Origin: Squalus acanthias
Taxonomy: Eukaryota
DNA: 64,000 nucleotides
Assembly: GCA_030390025.1 (NCBI GenBank)
Contig: CM059432.1
Location: 67,210,001 to 67,274,000, forward strand
Reading direction: 5' to 3'
The position numbers and the translations under genes were made by a program. Shown piece after piece: positions 28,250-40,392 of this stretch. Under the pieces are notes generated by a model. That model made no database searches. It had not been told where the DNA came from and was given only the letters and a program-made list of their open reading frames with translations. Each line of letters starts with the position of its first letter. Positions within the stretch are counted from its first letter, which is position 1.

Positions 28250-28881
28250 TTCTCCTTTTAAGTCCCTAATGCGTAGGTCTCCTTTTTGGTCCCTAATCAG
28301 CCCCACCACTCCTCTTACTACCTGTTTATTATTTAAATGCCTAAAAAAGACTTTTGAATTCCTTTTTATGTTAGCAAAAGAAAGCCAGTTATTTCCGATT
28401 TTTTCTTCTAGTCTTGCTAACCTGGTCCCTCTCCAAGGTCGAGAGCTGGATATTTACAAATAGCTGTAGTTTGTCTCTAATCTACCTCTTTGGCTCATAA
28501 ATTGAATAATTTAAACGGTGGTGTCTCATTCCTTCAGGTGGTAAATTGTTCTTACAGACTTTAAAAATGTCAAATTTTAAACTGTAATTTTTTTTCTTGT
28601 TTTTCATTTCTGTCTACTTTTTCTCTTTATCCAATCTTTCTTTCCCTCTCTATTTCTGTTTCCGTACCTAATTTGACTCTAATTCATGTTTTCTAATTCA
28701 CCCTCCTTCTTACTCAATCCTTAAATTTAATTGGTTATGGAGATACACTGTTTGCCCCACTGTTCAAGGGATATGGGGATAGTGCAGGAATTTTGAAGTG
28801 CAGTCACTGTTGTAAAGTAGGAAACACAGCAGCCAATTTGCACAAACACCAATGAGATAATGACCAGATAATCTGTTTTAG

Positions 28882-29128
28882 TGAAATAAAAACAGAAAAT
28901 GCTGGAGAAACTCAGCAGGTCAGGCAGCATCTGTGAAGAGAGAAATAGAGTTAACGTTTCAGGTCGATGACCTTTCGTCAGAACTGGAAAAAAAGCAGGA
29001 AATGGAACAGATTTTTAAGCAAGTGTAGCAAACACGAGAAGGGAGACAGAAAGCTGCCTGACCTGCTGAGTTTCTCCAGCATTTTCTGTTTTTATTTCAG
29101 ATTTCCAGCATCTGCAGTATTTTTTTTT
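28882..29128. repeat. Penelope-type terminal repeat with perfect 47-bp inverted arms (28882-28928 / 29053-29099)
   Basis: Arms are exact reverse complements; hammerhead-like core between them; related pieces at 17283, 40287 and 41243. Confidence 0.75.
28949..28985 (-). ncRNA. Minimal type I hammerhead ribozyme-like motif
   Basis: AGUU-CUGACGA-A-AGGUC(auc)GACCU-GAAAC-GUU-AACU: conserved core boxes, stem II, short stem I, palindromic AACGUU. Confidence 0.6.
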
Positions 29129-29868
29129 GTATCTGTTTAGTGATGTTGGTTGAAGGATAAATATTGGCCAGGACACTGGGAAGAACTCCCCAGCTCTTCT
29201 GCCAGTAATGGCATGGGATCTTTAACGTCTCATGCGAAAAACAGCACCTCTGACAGTGCAGCACACCCTCAGTACAGCCTAAATGATGTGAAGTCTATGG
29301 ATTGGGGCTTGAAAGTACAACCTTTAGACTCAGGAGAGAATGCGATCACTGAGTCAAGGCTGACAGTGTAAACAAAGTGAGCAAATAAGGGAACAGAAAG
29401 ATGGACAAAACATTCGGGTGGAGGTTGAAAACCACTGTAGCTGATAATGGGATTTATTATAGAATGCCACGCTATGACAAATCACTAGCCTTAACCATAG
29501 CTTTTTTTTAATCTTCATGAGCCAGTCTATTCACATCAATACAAATATAATATTCAGCTTAGAGAAATGCTTCTAAGGTGGACATGTTGCACTTCCCAAC
29601 CAATTCTACTACAATAAATCGGTCCTCCAGTTTCCAAAGAAACTATGGAAGAACACTGTGTAGGCGCTCCCCATTTCTTTTAGCCTCATCCATATTCAAA
29701 AAATGTCACGTGGCATGTTCACTTTAAGTGTATACAGTCTTTCGATTTTGCTTGTACTCTCATTGAATAGAACTTCATACACAATTGATTTTGGCAACGT
29801 GCCATACATAACCATTACAAGACTCTCAATGTTAATACACAGTTGACCTTAGCATCTAAATTGATATT

Positions 29869-30608
29869 GGGTCGGATGTTGCTGTAAAAAAAACGGCATG
29901 TAACCACACACACACGTTAATAATGTGTAAATCGGCCAGCAAGTTCAGGGGATTAAGATACGCCGTGAATTGCGAATCTCCAGAACTTGCTGGTCAAACG
30001 CTTTGTGTGCTTCACACAAACAGCATCTCGCAGTTAGCCTCACCGTTATTTTTAAGAAATTGCTGGATTTGCACATTAATTGCCCATTAAACTCGCCACA
30101 GAAAGTGAAGTTTGGTAATTAACAGCGCAAGTACCTTTTTAATGATTATGATAATTGTTAAGGCAGTGCCATTGAAACTCTCTGGCCCAGATATTGAACA
30201 ATTTAAACTGTGGAGTCTCATTCCTTCAGGTGGTAAATTGTTCTTGGAGATTTTAAAAATGTCAAATTTAAAATTGTAAAGTATTTTTTCTTTTCTTTTC
30301 TTGGTCTCCTTTTTCTCTCTTAATACAATCTTTCTTTCCCTCCATTTCTCTTTCTGTTTCTGATTTGGCTCTAATTCACCCTTCTCAGTTGTTCCTCTGT
30401 TTCTTTCTCAATCCTTATATCTCATTGGTTAAGGAGATACACTGTTGGTACCACTGTTAACCGAGGAGCCAGATGACCTGTTACCCTCGCCACACCGTTA
30501 TCAGCTTGCTCTTCCAGCAAGTTATGGTGTAAAAAAAAAAAAGAGCTGAAGGGTGCAAAAAAGTCTAACAGGACACGCGAGATGCCCCGCACCAGCAAGA
30601 TCTGGTAC
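29869..30608. mobile_element. Harbinger-type MITE
   Basis: Degenerate TIRs GGGTCGGATGTTGCTG / CAGCAAGATCTGGTAC; homologues at 23300 and 40503. Confidence 0.65.
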
Positions 30609-30739
30609 ATCTCGTATGGTACAGGTCATTTATTGCTATTTTTACTGTTTAAATCAGTATTTACCTATTATTCACTGAAAAAATGCATGAAACCAGTGGC
30701 AGCTGTACTGAAGCTTAGGAGTTGAAGCAGAGAAGGTGG

Positions 30740-32830
30740 CAATTTGGACTATTATGTCTTCACAGGCTCTTTGCTAAAGCAATCCACCAAAATGAATCCC
30801 ACAGCTCCACATTCCTCCCATAGCCTATCATCTGCTTCAAATATTTACCCAATTTTCCCTTAAAAGATGCAACTGTCTTGACCTCAACCACTCCTTGGTG
30901 ATAAAGCATTCCATGCTGCAACAACCCTTTCTATCAAGAAATTTCTTTGAACCTCCCTCCTCACTCTCAGCAACAATTTTAAATTGATGACCTTTTGTCA
31001 CCGACTCCCTAATCGGAGGAAACAGTCTCCCTATTCAAAACCCTTCATAATTTAAAAAAACACATTAAATCTCCTAGTTGCATTCTCTGCTCCAGTGGAT
31101 ATAGTTCCATATATGATGGCGGGTGGAGTGTGTATGTAGTGTGATGCACAAGACATCAAAAAGAAAGACTTGCATTTATATAGCGCCTTTCACGACCACC
31201 GGACGTCTCAAAACGCTTTACAGCCAATGAAGTACTTTTGAAGTGGAGTCACTGTTGTAATGTGGAAAACGCGGCAGCCAATTTGCACACAGCAAAGTCC
31301 CACAAACAGCAATGTGATAACGACCAAGATAATCTGTTTGTTATGTTGGTTGAGGGATAAATGTTGGCCAGGACACCGGGGATAACTCCCCTGCTCTTCT
31401 TTGAAATAGTGCCATGGGATCTTTTACATCCACCTGAGAGAGCAGACGGGGCCTCGGTTTAACATCTCATCCGAAAGACGACACCTCCGATAGCGCAGCA
31501 CTCCCTCAGCACTGCACTGTCAGCCTAGCTTTATGTGCTCAAGTCCCTGGAGTGGGACTTGAACCCACAACCTTCAGAGGAGAGTGTGTTACCAACTGAG
31601 CCACAGCTGACACATATGTGGGACAGATGGAACAGCAAGTCTTTTCCTCTCAGTCAGTTTGTGTGTGTTTGTATGCAAGTTTCTCCTCATAACTATAATT
31701 TCCCATCCTTTGCATTATGTTGGTGAATATGCACTGTATGCTCTCTATGGCTTTAATGTATTTTCTATAATGGGGCAACTAAAACTGGATATTCCCAACT
31801 GTGGCCTAACCATTCATTGCCGTGTACAAATTTTTTATTGCCGCTTTTACTCTTTACGCTGTGCCCCTATTTAGAACAACCAAAATGCTACCGGCTTTTT
31901 ATGGCTTTATGACCCTGCACTCGCACTTTTTGGATAGTATACATGAACCTCTAGGTCCCTCTCTTCACCTACACCATTCAGTCCCTTTCCATTTAGTGTA
32001 TACCCTCATTCTTTGTTTTGCAAACTTTCCAGAATGTATTACTTTCTACTTATCCACAATGGGCTGCATCTGCCACCTGTTGCCCATTCCACTAACCTGT
32101 CTATATCTTCGGAAGACTTTTACAGTCTACATCGCTGTTTTCAAAGACCCATTCTTTTGTGTCATTAGCAAATTTTGAGATCGTGCTCCCATGACAAAGT
32201 CAAATAACCTCAATATGTATTCAAGCCCCGATTCCTGGGGTACACCATTTCCAATCCTTGTCCACATCGAGGAACATTCACTAATCCTATCTGTCAACCA
32301 ACTTTATATCCATGCTATTACATTTCCTCTTATATTATGCACATGAATCTTTGTAATAACATCCTGAGACATTTTATTGATTGCCTTCTGAAAACCCAGA
32401 TGCACATCTACTGCATTCCCTTATTCCATTTAATTAGTCATTTCTTCAAAAACATACATTTGTCAAATACAACTTTCCTTTAACAAATCATTGTTGAATG
32501 CCCTTGATTAACCAGCACATTTCTAAATACTTACAAATTTTATCTCAAATTATGGATTCTGGGGGTTTCCCCACACTGACATTAAACTAACTCATCTACA
32601 AGTTTATCCTGCTTTCTTTCTTAAGGAAAACCGTTGGACTGAGAACCCTACCCAGTCCCCTAGCACAATCCGCATATCTAAGGAAAACAGAAAAATTGTG
32701 GTCAAGTCTCGTACCTTCTCTCTAACCTTTCAACAGCCTAAAGTGCATGACAGCAGGGCCCAGTGACTTATCCACCGAGTTCTGCTATTTTGTTTAGAAC
32801 CAATTACTTTTCTACAGTTACCTCTAACTA
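30740..32830 (-). mobile_element. Old CR1 LINE fragment interrupted by a SINE
   Basis: Degenerate CR1 ORF2 segments (SKFANDTK near 32155-32180; DFQKAI near 32380-32400). Confidence 0.6.
31162..31613 (-). mobile_element. tRNA-derived Deu-domain SINE (SacSINE1-like), well preserved
   Basis: Head with A-box TGGCTCAGTTGG and B-box GGTTCAAGTCCC; Deu-like core CGGAGGTGTCGTCTTTCGGATGAGATGTTAAACCGAGGCCCCGTCTG; (CTTT)n tail. Confidence 0.8.
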
Positions 32831-33779
32831 TTATTTTACTTTTTAAAGAAAAGAAAGACTTGCACTTATATAGCACTTTTCACGACCACCGGCCATCCCA
32901 AAGTGCTTTACAGCCAATGAAGTACTTTTGAAATGTAGTCACTGTTTTATTGAGGACAGATGACTTATAAATTTAACCCTGGTATCTCAACACCATAGAA
33001 CAACCTGAAAATTGAACAATGCCAAAATATTAATATGAGAAAAATAACTCAAATAAAGTCCATATCGTGAGAATGTTCAGTCTTTAGACATTTAACGAAA
33101 AGGAATTTAAGCAACAAGGACGAGCCTATCACCATTAAACACTCCTCAGAATTTTACCAATGAAGCTCAAGGTTAATAAGGACAAGCGGCATGTCTACCA
33201 GAAGAGCAGGGGCAAATATAGTGGTGCTGCATGCAGCGGGCACTACAAATTTTGTATTTGGAAAACATAGTAGGGTATATAATTTACAAAGTTCCATGGA
33301 TATAATGTAGATAGCTGTGTAAAACAATGTATTTGTATTAAAAGGTAGTTACGGTGATGAACACAAAAGGTAGAGGTGAATAGGGACTAGCCTTTGAAAA
33401 TAAGTATTACAAAGTCAGGCAGGTTGGTCAGCAGTTTAAGGTTTTACTTGATATATAAATGATATGACAGTCATGATATTGCGAGTGCAGTATTACACAT
33501 TAGCTTTTAGAGTTGTAGATACTGCACTTTTTTTAAAACTTATAGTAAATGCTCTGTTTCCAAGTACAGGAAACTCTTTATTAACCAGGCACCGTGTATT
33601 GCTGCAATGTGCAGTGTGCACTGAATACGACACTTCCATTTTGCACCTTAAATACTACCCTAAAAGTTTGTATTATAAACTTGCAATTAACTCAATCACT
33701 CCAGGTTACATTGCTCAGATAGAAGGCAAAATTTGGTTTTACAAAATTAAAAAAGCCATTTTATGAAAGAGCTTTCCTG

Positions 33780-34220
33780 ATAGAGGTTTATGAAATAATG
33801 AAACGGGTGGATAGCGTGCCTGTTGATAGATTATTCCACTTTGACAGATGGGGGCTGACTAGATGACCTGTGGACATGATTTTAAACTATGCAAGATTAT
33901 GAATAGACTGGATGTTAGGCGGTGGTATTTTCCTAAAGAGTAGTGAGCTTCTGGAATGCAACGCCCGCTGGTGTGGTGGGTTCTGACTCTTCGCCTTCAA
34001 GAGGGAGCTGCACCGGTTCTTGACTGAGGCAGCGATGGCATCCAGAAGGCAAGTGGCTTTACAGATAACACATGGTCCATGTGATCACCTTAAAAAAGGT
34101 CTTAAGGCTGCGGGGGTGGTATAAAGCATTTAGTCAGGATGCTCCAACCATCATGTCGAATGGGCAGGCTTGATGGACCAGCTGGTCTTTTCCTGCCCGT
34201 CATTTTCATATGCTCATGTT
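33780..34220 (+). mobile_element. Old CR1 3' fragment
   Basis: IEVYEIMK..D-like and RVVSFWNA-like segments with a CR1-type 3' end. Confidence 0.55.
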
Positions 34221-34959
34221 GGTAAAGTTTTTGAAAATTCAATCCTAAAATTTGAGGCAGCACTCAAATACTGAAAATATCAAGCCATAGAAACTTTTAA
34301 AATGTATAATGAGCCTTCCCTCGCTAGTTAATCAAACCAAAATTTTAAGTTACCAATTATGCTATTATCTTTCTAAACAACATTTCTACATACGTATTAC
34401 AGTTCAAGACATCAGCAATTTCTTTATGATAAGGATAACAACTATATACCCAACAAACATTTTTTGTGCTCCTCCCTAAACATTTGAACCTAAAAATGCA
34501 TCCACATTAAAAAGGACACTCCTTGTCTTAACTGTAATGTTTCCCAATGGTAGGAAAGCATAACAAATAAGCAATATCAGTTGGTGTACATTTCAGAGAA
34601 ACACCATCTCCTAGGGCTGGCACTGGTGTCTTGTTTATAAAGCTCTTACAGAATATACACACTGAAGTCTACACAGTAACGCAAGCTAAATATACCAGAA
34701 GGGCAAATAACTGACAGGCTTTTATATTGCTAAAGCAAAATATTAAGCAAAGAGAAAAATCCTTATTAAAAATGTTAATTTTCGTTCAGTTTCTTTCTAG
34801 CTAAAGCCTGCACTTGCATAAACAACGTTTGATAATTACAAAGGTCCTCATCACCAGTACTTCCAATAAACAGCCGACTGTGTTTACTGTATGTGAAACT
34901 CATTTCTATTAAGTGTTGTGAATCCTACAAACTACAACCATAAAACTTAACCATATTAA

Positions 34960-35800
34960 TTCCGCTGGCGAACCAGACAAAGCTGCTCGAACTTTTCTTT
35001 AACTGTTGTTGTTAAACGGCAGGGAGGGATCGCCTCAGAGGCTGAGTCATTCCTGGTGCAAATCTCCTGCCCAAAGCGGCTCCACTGCCCGACCGTCCCC
35101 AGCAGTGCGGTAACCGACTTGTGTGGAGGGGCCGAGCACTTCAGAGCGACAGCGGACACATACCGCCGAATGTGACCGGGCTCGGCGGCGATACCGCCCG
35201 GTCACACGGTCCCTGTCGCAATCCGCGGCTCTTCACTTCACCTGCCAGCTCTAGGCCCAAATCAAGGCCCCGGCGCTGAGCCATCAAACCTCAGGCCTAC
35301 CTCAGACGCGCCGCCACAGCCCCAATCCCGGGCCCCACGGATCCAGCTCCCCGGGGGCGGTGTTTGGGGTTCGATTAGTGGAGCCGAGTTTGGGCCCAGT
35401 TCTGCTGCTGCTGCTGCTGCTCCTTCACCACCCGCCTGCCTGGACTCTAAGCCCCGGGGGCGCGGGCACTCACCTCAGGTCTCGCAATCAGTCGCCGTCG
35501 CAAGCCGCCGCCTGCTCACATGAACTGCAGTCGGTAGGGAGTGGGCAGCTGCCCCGGACCGGATCGGTTTGGTTCGGGTTCTCGCTCAAGCGCCGCGGCC
35601 GCGCGCTCCGACTCCGGTTTTTTTTCTCTGTTTTTGTTTCAGAGTCAACACCCGACAGGCAGCTGTGACGTCACCACGCCGGCCGCGCGGCATTGTGGGC
35701 GTCCGTGCGCGCGCCCGAGAGCAGACAGGTGGCGCGCGCAGCATTCCGTTCAGTCAGTCGCTGGAGCTGCCTCGTGCGTTGTGACGTGCTGGTTGTTGAG
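34960..35800 (-). promoter_or_regulatory. RB1CC1: CpG island / promoter of RB1CC1
   Basis: The only non-repeat CpG-dense island upstream of the first coding exon; palindrome GTGACGTCAC (CRE) at 35665-35674, GTGACGTG at 35781-35788, GCGCGCGC motifs. Confidence 0.8.
35474..35660 (-). other. RB1CC1: Probable non-coding first exon of RB1CC1 (TSS approximate)
   Basis: Strong donor GAG|GTGAGT (35468-35473) inside the CpG island, in the RB1CC1 orientation. Confidence 0.6.
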
Positions 35801-35843
35801 GGAGGAACAGCTTATGGCCAGCAGCAACAACAACTTGTATTTA

Positions 35844-36333
35844 CAGGAAACTCTTTGGTATCCGGCACCGACCGGACCGGCGTGGTGCCGGTTGATCGAA
35901 AGTTCCGGATAATGGAGAGTTATATCTACTGAGGCTATTTTTAACATAAAAAAATCAAGAAATGTGCAGTATACAGTATTTGGTTACTCACCTACAGAAT
36001 GTTGTGTTAAATGGATGGTGGAAGATGCTTGATTAAGTACAGTACTGCCAGTTGAGGGTAATCCATAACTCTTTAATTACTTAACAGTAAGTGAGACTCC
36101 CGGCAGCGCGGGAGAATCAGACTCCTGTTACTGCAGTGTTCGGACTTCCGACAGCGCCAGGAGGCCGAGTAGTGGCACTTTGGAGAACTACCCCCACTGA
36201 CTAACTCGGCGTTCGCGGGAGACTCGGACTCGGCAACATTGCCGGTTATTTGAGAGGAGTTTTCGGAGTATGATTTTTGCCGGTTAAGAGAGAATTCCGG
36301 ATATTTAGGTGCCGGTTAAACAAGAGTTTCCTG
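35844..36333. mobile_element. Tigger-like MITE (family of 17417-17771, opposite orientation)
   Basis: TIRs CAGGAAACTCTT / AAGAGTTTCCTG; TA flanks. Confidence 0.85.
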
Positions 36334-36486
36334 TATATAGTCCCTTTAACGTGGTGAAACGTTCCAAGTCGCTTCACAGGACTATTATAAGACAAAAAAA
36401 AAGTAACAGCGAGCCACATCATGAGAAATTAGGGCAGGTGACCAAAAGCTTGGCCAAGAGCTAGGTTTTAAGGAGCGTCTTAAAGG

Positions 36487-39470
36487 AGGCACAAGTCAGG
36501 AGTGTGATGAAATACTCTCCACTTGCCTGGATGAGAGCAGCTCCAACAACACTCAAGAAGCTCAACACCATCCAAGACAAAGCAGCCCACTTGATTGGCA
36601 CCCCATCCACCACCTTAAACATTAATTCCCTCCACCACCGGTGTACCGTGGCTGCAGTGTGTACCATCTACAAGATGCACCGCAGCAACTCGCCAAGGCT
36701 TCTTCGCCAGCATCTCCCAAACCTGTGATCTCTACCATCTAGAAGGACAAGGGCAGCAGGCGCATGGGAACACCACCACCTCCAAGTTCCCCTCCAAGTC
36801 ACACACCATCCTGACTTGGAAATATATCGCCGTTCCTTCATAGTCTCTAGGTCAAAATCCTGGAACTCCCTCCCTAACAGCACTGTGGGAGTACCTTCAC
36901 CACACGGACTGCAGCGGTTCAAGAAGGCGGCTGACCACCACCTTCTCGAGGGCAACTAGATATGGGCAATAAATGCTGGTGTTGCCAGCAACGCCCACAT
37001 CCCATGAACGAGTATAACAAAAAGGCAGAGGGCATGGCTGAGGTACTAAATGAGTACTTTGCATCTGTCTTCACCAAGGAAGAAGATGCTGCCAAAGTCA
37101 CAGTGAAAGAAGAGGTCGTGGAGATACTGGATGAGATAAGAATTGATAAAGAGGAGGTACGAGTAAGGCTGTCTGAACTTAAAGTTGATAAGTCACCAGG
37201 ACCGGATGGGATGCTGAGGGAGATTAAGGAGGAAATTGCGGAGGTAATTGCCATAATCTCCCATTCCTTAGATACGGGGGTGGTGCCAAACGACTGGAGA
37301 ATTGCAAATGTTACACCCTTGTTCAAAAAAGGGTGTAAGGATAAACTCAGCAACTACAGGCCAGTCAGTTTAATCTCACTAGTGGGGAAGCTTTTGTAAA
37401 CGATAATCAGGGACAAAGTTAACAGTCACTTGGACAAGTATGGATTAATTAAGGAAAGCCAGCACGAATTTGTTAAAGGCAAATTGTGTTTAACTAACTT
37501 GATTCAGTTTTTTGATGAGGTAACAGAGAGAGTTGATGAGAGCAATGCGGTTGATGTGGTTTATATGGACTTCCAAAAGGCATTTGATAAAGTGCCACAT
37601 AATAGGCTTGCCAGCAAAGTTGAAGCCCATGGAATAAAAAGGACAGTGGCAGCATGGATATGAAATTGGCTAAGTGACAGGAAAGAGAGAGTAGTGGTGA
37701 ATGGTTGTTTTTCAGACTGGAGGAAGGTACACAGTGGGGTTCCCCAGGGGTTGGTACTAGGACCACTGCTTTTCTTGATATATATTAATGACTTGGACTT
37801 GGGAGTACAGGGCACAATTTCAAAATTTGCGGATGACACAAAACTTGGAAGTATAGCGAACAGTGAGGAGGATAGTGATAGACTTCAAGAAGACATAGAC
37901 AGGCTGGTGAAATGGGCGGACACGTGGCAGATGAAATTTAATGCAGAAAAAGTGCGAAGTGAGACATTTTGGTAGGAAGAACGAGGAGAGGCAATATAAA
38001 CTGAAGGGTACAATCCCAAAGGTGGGTGCATGAACAGAGAAACCTGGGGGTACATGTGCACAAATCGTTGAAGGTGGCAGGGCAGGTTGAGAAAGCGGTT
38101 AAAAAGGCATACGGGATCCTGGGCTTCATAAATAGAGGCATAGGGCTCAATTTTCACCGGCCCGTGGAGGCGGGAGTGGTGTGAAAATAGCAGATTCGGT
38201 GGTCCTGAACCCATCCCACCTCCATGCCAGTTTCCCAGGAGGCGGGTACCCGACCTGTGCTGGGACCTGCCTCCCCGAGGCGGGAAGGGGATTAGTGCCA
38301 ATAAACTGCCTGTTAACAGGCAGTTTTCTGCCTAATCCCTATTTTTAGCCGTTAAGTGTGGGCTTCCTGACAGGTCCGAACCACGCCGATTTAGCGAGGC
38401 GGACCGTCGGTCTGGAGGGCTTGGAGGGGTCAAGATGTCCGGTGTGCAGGTGAGTGATGAGTGCAGAGGTAAGTGTGTTTGGTGTGTGTAAAGTGTTTTA
38501 AGAACTTTTACTTACCTTAACTTTGTCCTGCAGGCTAGCTTCCTTAAGGTGTCGGGACGGCACAGAAAGCAGAATGGCCGCGGAGCTGTCAAAAGCTGCA
38601 GTCTCTGCTTTCTGTGCTGGATTGATTTCTAACTGACTCACGTTAGAAATCATATTGTCAGTGTTTGACAGCTTCACACAGCTCTTGACATATGAAATTT
38701 CAATGGCTGACGTCACCTGTATCCAAGGGACCCTTGATTGGCCTGCTAAGCCCACTGGGCGGGCTTAACAAGGTCAATCAAGGGAAAATACAGTGGGTTG
38801 GCCACAAGTCGATGGAGGCGGGACTACAACCCAAAAAGTGGGAGTCCCGCCTCCATCACGTCCCCATTGACAAAATCCAGCCCATAGAGTACAAAAGCAA
38901 GGAAGCTATGATGAACCTTTATAAAACACTGGTTCGGCCACAACTGGAGTATTGTGTCCAATTCTGGGCACCGCATTTTAGGAAGGATGTGAAGGCCTTA
39001 GAGAGGGTGCAGAAAAGATTTACAAGAATTGTTCCAGGGATGAGGGACTTCAGTTACATGGATAGACTAGAGAAGCTGGGGTTGTTCTCCTTAGAGCAGA
39101 GAAGATTGAGAGGAGATTTGATAGAGGTGTTCAAAATCATGAGGGGTCTGGACAGAGTAGATAGAGAGAAACTATTCCCATTGGCAGAAGGGTCGAGACA
39201 GATTCAAGGTGAAAGAACCAAAGGCGACATGAGGAAAAACTTTTTTACGCAGCGAGTGTTTAGGATCTGGAATGCATTGCCTGAAAGGGTGATGGAGGCA
39301 AATTCAATCATGGCTTTCAAAAGGGAATTGGATAAGTACCTGAAGGAAAAAAAAATTGCAGGACTATGGGTAAAGGGCGGGGGAGTGTGACGAGCTTAAG
39401 TGCAGAGAGCCGGCCTGGGCTCGATGGGCTGAATGGCCTCCTGTGCTGTAACCATTCTATGATTCTATGA
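36487..39470 (+). mobile_element. Composite: family A LINE 3' part (36487-37022) fused to a CR1 3' half (37023-39470)
   Basis: Family A tail runs directly into CR1 AEGMAEVLNEYFASVF; CR1 RT ORFs to 39390; ends ATTCTATGATTCTATG. Confidence 0.9.
38143..38883. mobile_element. Harbinger-type MITE inserted in CR1
   Basis: TIR GGGCTCAATTTT / AAAATCCAGCCC; TSD ATA; removal restores the CR1 frame G-I-E-Y-K. Confidence 0.85.
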
Positions 39471-40038
39471 AAGAAAGGTAGAAAGACGGAGAGGTTTGGG
39501 AGGGAATTCCAGAGCTATGGCCACCAATGGTTGCGCTATTAAAATCAGGGATGCACAAGAGGGCAGAATTAGAGGAGCGCCGATATCATGCGGAGTTGTG
39601 GTGCTGGAGGTGATTACGGAGATGGGGGGGCGAGGCCATGGAGGGATTTGAAAACAAGGATGAGAATTTTGAAATCGAGGTGTTGCTTAACCGGAGACAG
39701 GCAAGAGAGACAGGTTGCAAATCCACTTCAACCTAGAGACTTGCATTTAGATTTCAGAGCGAGATGGAGCCATCGAAAATAGATGGACTACTGCTCCTAA
39801 TTCTTATGGTCTTATTCCATTTTTAAACTAAAAATAAGTGAGATTTTACAGTTTTTGGAACCTGGTCACCAGACTTCATAGTCAGCTGGTGTTGCCAACA
39901 TAAAAGACCCTGGGCATTTGCATAACAACAACATACGTGACAAGTGTCACTCACTTGGAGGTGCAGTTTCTCAAAATAAAAGTCTTGAAGTACATATTTT
40001 GAAGTATCTTGTTGAAAGTAAACACAAGCATAGTCCGT

Positions 40039-40224
40039 GGCCCCGATTTTGCAATCCCGAAAAAATTGAGAGTGTGCATACCACTGCCAGGGTAACAGGG
40101 GCACGGCACACCAAATATTGCACTGTAAGGCAGGCCCTTTCACGCGCCGAGTCACCCTACCCAAAAAACGGGCAAAGAGAGTGAGGCTTGCAAGTTGACT
40201 GGTTGCCAATTGCAAAATCGGGCC
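40039..40224. mobile_element. Short MITE (~186 bp)
   Basis: TIRs GGCCCCGATTTTGCAAT / ATTGCAAAATCGGGCC. Confidence 0.65.
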
Positions 40225-40286
40225 GACTAGCAGCATTTAAAGAGTGGATATTTGTCCAGTTTTTATGGGCAAGGCATGAACTCATC

Positions 40287-40392
40287 AAAGATCATCGACT
40301 TGAAACGTTAACTCTGTTTCTCTCTCCACAGATGCTGCCTGACCTGCTGAGTATTTCCAGCATTTTCTGTTTTTATTTCAGATTTCCAGCGT
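40287..40392. repeat. Penelope-type terminal-repeat fragment
   Basis: Same sequence family as 28882-29128; direct repeat ATGAACTCAT on both sides. Confidence 0.65.

Larger units (their letters stand above)
23300..28770. mobile_element. MITE of the 29869-30608 family, split by LINE insertions (own sequence ~23300-23597 and ~28480-28770)
   Basis: Both pieces are colinear with consecutive parts of 29869-30608. Confidence 0.7.
28790..29368 (-). mobile_element. Deu-domain SINE interrupted by a Penelope-type inverted repeat
   Basis: Colinear with 31162-31613 on both sides of the insert; ATCTGTTT(T)AG repeated at the insert junctions. Confidence 0.7.

Noticed and set aside
35360..35947. ORFs over the CpG island, including a poly-Leu signal-peptide-like one
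   Set aside because: Non-ATG starts in stop-poor GC-rich DNA; the poly-Leu comes from a short (CTG)n.
38692..39390. 232-aa novel fusion protein
   Set aside because: Chance read-through from a MITE into the CR1 ORF2 C-terminus.
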